A DNA stretch of 44,880 nt from the IMG/VR virus record IMGVR_UViG_3300043436_004750, one strand, 5' to 3'. Shown here in pieces: positions 38,431-43,790 of this stretch. Below the pieces are notes generated by a model. The model did not search any database. It saw only the letters and a program-made list of their open reading frames with translations, and was not told the DNA's origin. Numbering within the stretch: position 1 is the stretch's first letter; the number at the start of each line of letters is the position of its first letter. This stretch comes from a virus (taxonomy: Duplodnaviria > Heunggongvirae > Uroviricota > Caudoviricetes). The translations under genes were made by a program, and so were the position numbers.

Positions 38431-38462
38431 GTTGGACTGGAATGGAAAAGTTCATATATTTA
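38431..38462 (+). promoter_or_regulatory. host-type (Bacteroidota-like -33/-7) promoter, representative copy
   Basis: GTTG-N20-TATATTTA; the same architecture occurs at 3602, 7224, 21483, 23611, 25226, 33810, 36975, 38367, 38699, 41954 and 42821. Confidence 0.7.
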
Positions 38463-38480
38463 TATATAGAAACAAATAAA

Positions 38481-38621
38481 ATGAAAGCAATTCAAAACAT
38501 ACATCAATTAAATCATACAGCGCAGAGAGCCATTAGTATATGGTCGGATTCGTTATGTGGTGATGTTGTTCTTGGCTTTACGTATAATAACGAACCGAAA
38601 CAAGGAGGTACCGAGGTATGA
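38481..38621 (+). CDS. 46-aa putative attenuator leader peptide (not in the ORF track)
   Basis: MKAIQNIHQLNHTAQRAISIWSDSLCGDVVLGFTYNNEPKQGGTEV*; lies between promoter and terminator. Confidence 0.65.
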   Translation: MKAIQNIHQLNHTAQRAISIWSDSLCGDVVLGFTYNNEPKQGGTEV

Positions 38622-38657
38622 TATGATATAATAAAAAATACATATTATAAATAAGGT

Positions 38658-38690
38658 ACCCGGATCAAAAAAAGATTCGGGTTTTTTATT
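38658..38690 (+). terminator. intrinsic terminator/attenuator upstream of the tRNA array
   Basis: ACCCGGATC-A7-GATTCGGGT followed by TTTTTATT. Confidence 0.8.
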
Positions 38691-38749
38691 AAAAAAAAGT
38701 TGCTAGAAAGAAATAAAGATCATATCTTTAGGTACAGAAATAAATAAGA

Positions 38750-38765
38750 GTTCATTGACATATTG
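38750..38765 (+). promoter_or_regulatory. boxA-like antitermination motif
   Basis: GTTCATTGACATATTG; near-copy GATCATTGAAATATTG at 42868, each 12-13 nt before a tRNA block. Confidence 0.55.
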
Positions 38766-38777
38766 GATAAAATTAAA

Positions 38778-38865
38778 GGAAGAGTAAGCCAAGTCGGTCT
38801 ACGGGTCGCGGTCTTGAAAACCGTTGGGTGTAACAGCCGTGTGAGTTCAAGTCTCACCTCTTCCG
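38778..38865 (+). tRNA. tRNA-Ser(TGA)
   Basis: GGAAGAG/CTCTTCC acceptor; GCGGT-CTTGAAA-ACCGT; long variable arm. Confidence 0.9.
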
Positions 38866-38871
38866 CAATAC

Positions 38872-38943
38872 TGAGTTATAGTGTAACGGTTAGCACAAAA
38901 CACTTTGACTGTTTTAGTCTAGGTTCGAATCCTAGTAGCTCAG
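38872..38943 (+). tRNA. tRNA-Gln(TTG)
   Basis: TGAGTTA/TAGCTCA; AAACA-CTTTGAC-TGTTT. Confidence 0.9.
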
Positions 38944-39158
38944 CAAATAATTGTGAGTATTGAAATCCTCTCCCAACACTTGATCAGTAAGTAGGACGGT
39001 TAGTAAAGAAAGCATTATCAGTAAGTAGTGGAGAAATCCATGCGGAGAAAACGATGCAAGACGCAAGTACAGGGAACCAGCCCGATGGCTTTGCTTACGG
39101 ACATTACAGTAGTTTTGAGATGGGCGAATTCTACTTTAAAAAAATAATCCCTTCACCA

Positions 39159-39234
39159 CTGGATGTAGAGGAGCCCGGTTTATCTCGCTAGCCTTGGACG
39201 CTAGAGCACGCAGGTTCGAATCCTGCCTACCAGA
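39159..39234 (+). tRNA. tRNA-Pro(TGG)
   Basis: CTAGC-CTTGGAC-GCTAG; two acceptor mismatches at 5:68 and 6:67. Confidence 0.8.
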
Positions 39235-39298
39235 CCGAGAGACTGTTACTAATTCATAGGAGCGTTAAAGGACTTACGCCTGCATAGAATTAGATTTT

Positions 39299-39371
39299 GC
39301 CTTCGAAGCTCATGTGGACGGGCACCGGGCTTTTAACTCGGGGGTAGCTGGTTCGAGGCCAGCCGGGGGTA
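39299..39371 (+). tRNA. tRNA-Lys(TTT)
   Basis: CCGGG-CTTTTAA-CTCGG; T loop TTCGAGG. Confidence 0.85.
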
Positions 39372-39453
39372 CGATAGTCAGATCGCAACTGGCACCAGAT
39401 AGGGTTTTTGATTCACTGTTCCCTCTGAAATAACAAAAAGACAGGAAAAGCTT

Positions 39454-39524
39454 GCCTTGTTGGCGTAATGGTAGCGTATTTGTTTTACATGCAAAGGGCG
39501 ATAGTTCGATTCTATCACAAGGTA
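39454..39524 (+). tRNA. tRNA-Val(TAC)
   Basis: GCCTTGT/ACAAGGT; TTTGT-TTTACAT-GCAAA. Confidence 0.85.
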
Positions 39525-39623
39525 CAAAATTCTGGGTAGTAAGTAAAATACCGGCAAGTATTTTCAAGTCTATAAGGAGTCTATTATGAGTTATTAATTT
39601 GCCGATGAAAGCTTGTTGTAGTT

Positions 39624-39695
39624 TCGTTCTTAGTGGAATGGTGACCACGCTGCCCGTGGAGGGTGGAGAAGCAGGTTCGATTCCTGTAGAATGAT
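39624..39695 (+). tRNA. tRNA of undetermined identity (loop CGTGGAG; TGG with G33)
   Basis: Complete cloverleaf TCGTTCT/AGAATGA, normal D and T arms; anticodon loop lacks U33. Confidence 0.55.
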
Positions 39696-39701
39696 CAAAT
39701 T

Positions 39702-39784
39702 GGGATGCTTCAGTCACTGGTGTGATAAGCGGTCTGTAAAATCGTTGCTGTAAGAAGCGTGTGGTTCGATTCCACAGTATCCCA
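39702..39784 (+). tRNA. tRNA-Tyr(GTA)
   Basis: GGGATGC/GTATCCC; GCGGT-CTGTAAA-ATCGT; long variable arm. Confidence 0.9.
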
Positions 39785-39789
39785 CAACA

Positions 39790-39862
39790 GGGTCTTTCGT
39801 ATAGATGGTTCGTACGTCCGCCTGAAGAGCGAAAGGAGCAGGTTCGATTCCTGCAGGACCCA
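39790..39862 (+). tRNA. tRNA-Phe(GAA)
   Basis: GGGTCTT/AGGACCC; loop CTGAAGA. Confidence 0.88.
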
Positions 39863-39941
39863 CGTAAGTCGCTGAAACCTTAAAACTGGCGAAATTCAAA
39901 TAAGTAAGTATTAGGTGACTATTCGGAGAGACGGATAAATT

Positions 39942-40013
39942 GGGTTTGTCGTATAAAGGTTATTACGGGTGACTGTTAATCACTTTATGAAGGTTCGATT
40001 CCTTCCAGGCCCG
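39942..40013 (+). tRNA. tRNA-Asn(GTT)
   Basis: GGGTTTG/CAGGCCC; GGTGA-CTGTTAA-TCACT. Confidence 0.9.
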
Positions 40014-40020
40014 CAAAACT

Positions 40021-40092
40021 GCTCCTATAGTAGAATGGTTAGCACACATTCCTGATAAGAATGAAAAGAAGGTTCAATTCCTTCTAGGAGTA
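40021..40092 (+). tRNA. tRNA-Ile(GAT)
   Basis: GCTCCTA/TAGGAGT; CATTC-CTGATAA-GAATG. Confidence 0.9.
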
Positions 40093-40098
40093 CAAAAT

Positions 40099-40184
40099 GG
40101 AAAGTAAAACAATCAGGGTATTGTCACCGCCTGCTAAGCGAGTGGTTCTGTAAAAGGAATGGATTTCGAATATTCTGCTTTCCG
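40099..40184 (+). tRNA. tRNA-Ser(GCT)
   Basis: GGAAAGT/GCTTTCC; loop CTGCTAA; long variable arm; T53-A61 instead of G53-C61. Confidence 0.8.
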
Positions 40185-40189
40185 CAATT

Positions 40190-40257
40190 ACCGAGAGGTC
40201 AAGGACCATGGATGGCTCATATCCAACCATAGAATGGAGCATTACCATTTCTCGGTA
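40190..40257 (+). tRNA. atypical 68-nt tRNA(CAT), possibly elongator Met
   Basis: ACCGAGA/TCTCGGT; minimal D hairpin GGTC-AAG-GACC; loop CTCATAT; T arm AATGG-AGCATTA-CCATT. Confidence 0.6.
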
Positions 40258-40264
40258 CTAACAT

Positions 40265-40338
40265 GGTGATTGTAGCTGAATTGGTAAAGCGTCTGATTGT
40301 GGTTCAGGAGATTGTGGGTTCGAGTCCCATCTTTCACA
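40265..40338 (+). tRNA. tRNA-His(GTG)
   Basis: Encoded G-1; TCTGA-TTGTGGT-TCAGG; acceptor mismatches at 5:68 and 6:67; A73. Confidence 0.82.
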
Positions 40339-40344
40339 CAAAAT

Positions 40345-40418
40345 ACCTCCGTGATGGAACTGGAATACATATCGATCTTAAACGTCGAGTTTTGAGGGTT
40401 CGAATCCCTTCGGAGGTA
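40345..40418 (+). tRNA. tRNA-Leu(TAA), short variable arm
   Basis: ACCTCCG/CGGAGGT; TCGAT-CTTAAAC-GTCGA. Confidence 0.85.
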
Positions 40419-40464
40419 CTGTAGACTTTTTGAAATATTAGCCTATTTATAATAAAGAATAAGT

Positions 40465-41118
40465 ATGGCTAATATCAAAGAGAATAAGAAATACCATTTC
40501 ACTTATAAGACAACAAATCTTATAAACAATAAGTACTACTTGGGAATGCATTCAACTAACCATCTAGATGACGGTTACTTAGGAAGCGGTAAGAGGTTGT
40601 ACTACGAACTAAATAAGTACGGTAGAGACAATTTTAAATTTGAAATACTGGAACAATTTGATTCGAGAGAAGAATTAGTTCAAGCTGAGATTAAGTTAAT
40701 AACAGAGCAGGATTTAACTAATCAAAACTGTTTAAATCTAAGTAGAGGAGGTAGTGGAGGTATTCATAACGAAGAGCATTACGCAGCTTTTTCAAAAGGA
40801 AGAGAACAAAGTAGCTCCAGAGGCGGAATCACTTCTCAAAAAAGGTTTAGGAACAACCCAGAAGAAGTTAAGAGAAGAGCCTTTTTACAGGGAAAGTCTT
40901 TAACTAGATACTACGAGGAAAGACCAGGTACCTTCAAAGGGAAGGTACATACATCTGAAACTATTAATAAGATGAAACAGTCCAAACAAAATCAAGGAAG
41001 AGGAGAGGATAACTCACAGTACGGTACTTGTTGGATAACAAATGAAAAAGAGAATACAAAAATACGCAAAGGAGATACAATCCCAGAAGGATGGAGATTG
41101 GGAAGAAAATTAAAATAA
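40465..41118 (+). CDS. Seg-like GIY-YIG homing endonuclease in the tRNA array
   Basis: HFTYKTTNLINNKYYLGMHST...YLGSG; NUMOD3-like HTSETINKM. Confidence 0.85.
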   Translation: MANIKENKKYHFTYKTTNLINNKYYLGMHSTNHLDDGYLGSGKRLYYELNKYGRDNFKFEILEQFDSREELVQAEIKLITEQDLTNQNCLNLSRGGSGGIHNEEHYAAFSKGREQSSSRGGITSQKRFRNNPEEVKRRAFLQGKSLTRYYEERPGTFKGKVHTSETINKMKQSKQNQGRGEDNSQYGTCWITNEKENTKIRKGDTIPEGWRLGRKLK

Positions 41119-41120
41119 CT

Positions 41121-41192
41121 GGTCTTATAGTTTAATTGGAAAAACTTATCGCTACGAACGATAGAATTCAGGTTCGAGACCTGATAGGACCT
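41121..41192 (+). tRNA. tRNA-Arg(ACG)
   Basis: GGTCTTA/TAGGACC; TATCG-CTACGAA-CGATA. Confidence 0.9.
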
Positions 41193-41197
41193 CAACT

Positions 41198-41268
41198 GCC
41201 CGTATAGTTCAAAGGAAGAACATATCTCTTCTAAAGATAGAATCCTGGTTCGAGTCCAGGTATGGGTT
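41198..41268 (+). tRNA. tRNA-Arg(TCT)
   Basis: GCCCGTA/TATGGGT; TATCT-CTTCTAA-AGATA. Confidence 0.9.
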
Positions 41269-41341
41269 CAAAAATCGTCTCATCATATTGAGTTAATTAG
41301 AAGATACATCTCTAAGTAGGTTAAACGATATCCTACAAAAT

Positions 41342-41413
41342 GCAAGTGAGGCTGAGGTAGCCGATGGAACTCCAAATCCCATGTTCGAGCAGGTTCGATT
41401 CCTGCCATTTGCG
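41342..41413 (+). tRNA. tRNA-Trp(CCA)
   Basis: GCAAGTG/CATTTGC; loop CTCCAAA; short D loop. Confidence 0.8.
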
Positions 41414-41447
41414 CAAAATATATTGTTTCATTAAAAATTAAGAAATC

Positions 41448-41954
41448 ATGAGTAAGTACCAAAAAACACTAGTAGTGGATTCAAGCTTTATCGCCCGGAG
41501 TATCATCTCAACAGAAAGAGCATTTGTGATTTCTTATAAAGGTAATGCAGAGGTAATAGCAGAACATCCAGAAACATTTGGATTAGTAAATCCAAATCTA
41601 GAGATTTACAAACCTTCTATTATTAGAGTATTTACATACGTAAAGCAGCATATACATAAAGTTCCACTAACAAGAGAAAACATCTATAAAAGAGATAATT
41701 ATGAATGTGTTTATTGTGGGAGTTCAAATCAAAGAACATTAACACTTGATCACGTTATCCCTCAATCAAAAGGAGGAAAAGATACTTGGGATAATTTAGT
41801 AACAGCATGCCGTACATGCAACCATGAAAAAGCAGATCTAACGTTAGAGGAATACGGTAAGGATATACCTGAACCAAAACGTCCACATTATTTAATGTTA
41901 CTAAGACAGGTTCAAGAAATGCCAAAAGAATGGGAAACATTTTTACTATTTTAG
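41448..41954 (+). CDS. HNH endonuclease (McrA-like family)
   Basis: RDNYECVYCG...LTLDHVIPQSKGGKDTWDNLVTACRTCNHEK. Confidence 0.9.
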   Translation: MSKYQKTLVVDSSFIARSIISTERAFVISYKGNAEVIAEHPETFGLVNPNLEIYKPSIIRVFTYVKQHIHKVPLTRENIYKRDNYECVYCGSSNQRTLTLDHVIPQSKGGKDTWDNLVTACRTCNHEKADLTLEEYGKDIPEPKRPHYLMLLRQVQEMPKEWETFLLF

Positions 41955-42154
41955 TTGGCTATTGCAAAATAATTTCTTATATTTAGGTATAATTAAAGAG
42001 ATACAAAAATCGGAATTGACCGAGGCACGTGGTTAACGGTATTGCACCGACTCGCTTAAGCCCTAAGAGCACTTTAATTTTAAATATAAAATACCTGCTA
42101 CGTAACGCACGATCGACGACACGTACTATCTGGAAAGTCAGATCAGGTAAATTT

Positions 42155-42225
42155 GGGCGATTGGTCGATTGGTTAGGCGCAGGATTGCAAACTCTGTTAG
42201 GTTGGTTCGATTCCAACATTGCCCT
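42155..42225 (+). tRNA. tRNA-Cys(GCA)
   Basis: GGGCGAT/ATTGCCC; loop TTGCAAA; U73. Confidence 0.85.
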
Positions 42226-42240
42226 CAAAAAAATCAAAAT

Positions 42241-42696
42241 ATGATAAAATTAGTAGATCTTTTAAAAGAAGTAGTAGATTTATATTTACCTAATGAATTA
42301 CATAGTAAAGATATTTCTATTGAGGTTAAAGAAGAGAATAAAAGAAAGTTTAAAGTAATATTAACATATAAAGATAATTATTACGAATTTATAGCACTCC
42401 CTTTACTAAATCCTAAAAGACCATCAATCAATTTTGGAGATACTGACAAACAAGGAATTAATTTAAACTTAAACAATTTATTAAATTCTCCACATTCTCC
42501 CAGAATATTAGCAGCTATTTTTGGACTATTGAGATATTGGGTTGACAAGTATGATATACGGGAATTTGAATATGGAGCTGAAGGTAATATAAGAACCAAA
42601 TTATACGATATGTACTTAACAAAACATTTTCCTGATTTCGAAAATTCACAAGAGAAATACGGAGAACATACACTACAGATATGGACCAAGAAGTAA
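42241..42696 (+). CDS. hypothetical protein
   Basis: ATG at 42241 (MIKLVDLLKE) preferred because the track start at 42169 lies inside tRNA-Cys. Confidence 0.7.
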   Translation: MIKLVDLLKEVVDLYLPNELHSKDISIEVKEENKRKFKVILTYKDNYYEFIALPLLNPKRPSINFGDTDKQGINLNLNNLLNSPHSPRILAAIFGLLRYWVDKYDIREFEYGAEGNIRTKLYDMYLTKHFPDFENSQEKYGEHTLQIWTKK

Positions 42697-42833
42697 TTTT
42701 AGTTAGGAAATTAGAACTCTTACAACATATTGAAAGAATATATAATATTGAAATAGGAGATGATGAAATAGAATTAATAATAACTTTTGAAGATTTAATT
42801 AACTTAGTTATTAAAAAAAGTTTGGCTATCTAA
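42681..42833 (+). CDS. 50-aa ORF resembling the C-terminal half of an acyl carrier protein (not in the ORF track)
   Basis: MDQEVILVRKLELLQHIERIYNIEIGDDEIELIITFEDLINLVIKKSLAI*; lacks the DSL serine. Confidence 0.45.
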   Translation: MDQEVILVRKLELLQHIERIYNIEIGDDEIELIITFEDLINLVIKKSLAI

Positions 42834-42896
42834 ATTATTTTTCATATATTTAGATATAAGAAAGTAAGATCATTGAAATATTGGATAAAATAAATT

Positions 42897-42972
42897 GCAC
42901 TTGTGGGCAAACTGGCAAAGCCGTCTGACTTAGAATCAGAAGATGTTGTGGGTTCGACTCCCACCAGGTGTA
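42897..42972 (+). tRNA. tRNA-Leu(TAG), short variable arm
   Basis: GCACTTG/CAGGTGT; TCTGA-CTTAGAA-TCAGA. Confidence 0.88.
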
Positions 42973-43169
42973 CAAAATTTAAAATCACTTGCTTGAAGAT
43001 AAACAGCTAATTTTACGTGGTGCTATCCTATTAAAAAAGAGTAAATATGCATATTAAACTGTACTAGCAGTTGTGTTTATTGTAGAGATATGAGGAGATG
43101 TCTACAGCTAGTGTAAGTCTAGCAATTTATATTCCACTAGAATTTGGACAAGTGATTTAAAATAAAAAT

Positions 43170-43234
43170 TAGAGTTAGCTTATAGTAAAGCAGCGGGGGC
43201 TAACCTGCAGAACGGATACGAAAACCGACTCTAA
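43170..43234 (+). ncRNA. degenerate tRNA-like cloverleaf
   Basis: TAGAGTT/GACTCTA; GCTT/AAGC D arm; GCGGG-GGCTAA-CCTGC; weak T arm with TACGAAA loop. Confidence 0.4.
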
Positions 43235-43240
43235 TTATCT

Positions 43241-43314
43241 GCTTCTGACGCATGAACGGTGGTGCACCTGATTTGTAACCAGGAATAGAGTCGGTTCGAT
43301 CCCGACCAGAAGCT
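43241..43314 (+). tRNA. tRNA-Thr(TGT)
   Basis: GCTTCTG/CAGAAGC; loop TTTGTAA. Confidence 0.88.
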
Positions 43315-43409
43315 CAAAGTGTTGTTCCCTTGAGAAAGGAAAATAGAGTGGCTACACGGTTGTTGCAACAACTAGTAAAGACTAGCACAGAGGAACTCAA
43401 CCTCAAACT

Positions 43410-43481
43410 GCGAGTGTAGTATAACGGCTATTATGCCTGGCTTCCAACCAGGAGATGGGGTTTCGATTACCCCCATTCGCT
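43410..43481 (+). tRNA. tRNA-Gly(TCC)
   Basis: GCGAGTG/CATTCGC; CCTGG-CTTCCAA-CCAGG; T53-A61. Confidence 0.88.
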
Positions 43482-43532
43482 CAGGGGTGTGTGGGAACCC
43501 GTGAATATGTGATGAGCATACACCCACAATTT

Positions 43533-43604
43533 GCTACCGTCGTCTAATGGCCAGGACACAACACTTTCACTGTTGAAATGGGAGTTCGATTCTCCTCGGT
43601 AGTG
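43533..43604 (+). tRNA. tRNA-Glu(TTC)
   Basis: GCTACCG/CGGTAGT; CAACA-CTTTCAC-TGTTG. Confidence 0.9.
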
Positions 43605-43669
43605 CAAAATCCTATAGTAGGGTAGATGGAAGGTGCTAGTCAATAGCAAGCCGCTACTGTAGGTAAACT

Positions 43670-43744
43670 GGGGGCACATGTACCAAGGCTTGGCGAAAAA
43701 CACTTGCAATGTTTCTGTGATGGGTTCGATTCCCATTGTCTCCA
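43670..43744 (+). tRNA. tRNA-Ala(TGC)
   Basis: GGGGGCA/TGTCTCC with G3:U70; AAACA-CTTGCAA-TGTTT. Confidence 0.9.
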
Positions 43745-43790
43745 CTGTAGACTTTTTGAAAAGTTAGCCTATTTATTATAAAAGATAGAT

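Noticed and set aside
38950-38990. HDV-like (theta) ribozyme after tRNA-Gln, suggested by TCCTCTCC inside a stem
   Set aside because: Only 11 nt separate the stem arms, leaving no room for P2 and P3, and no P1.1/P4/J4-2 pattern follows.
38945-39158. RNase P RNA
   Set aside because: The GGAAAGTCC and ACAGAA..GGCTTA P4 signatures are absent and the segment is too short.
42027-42070. Pistol ribozyme, suggested by CGTGGTTA and GCTTAAGCCCTAAG
   Set aside because: No P1 hairpin with a TTAGGG loop to pair with CCCTAA, and no P3 with the catalytic junction.
1532-43745. All minus-strand ORFs and short alternative-frame plus-strand ORFs in the track (for example 1532-1900, 5698-6207, 4158-4382, 28065-28439, 32580-32948)
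   Set aside because: They are shadows of well-supported plus-strand genes, caused by codon bias and coding repeats; they show no family motifs or dedicated promoters.
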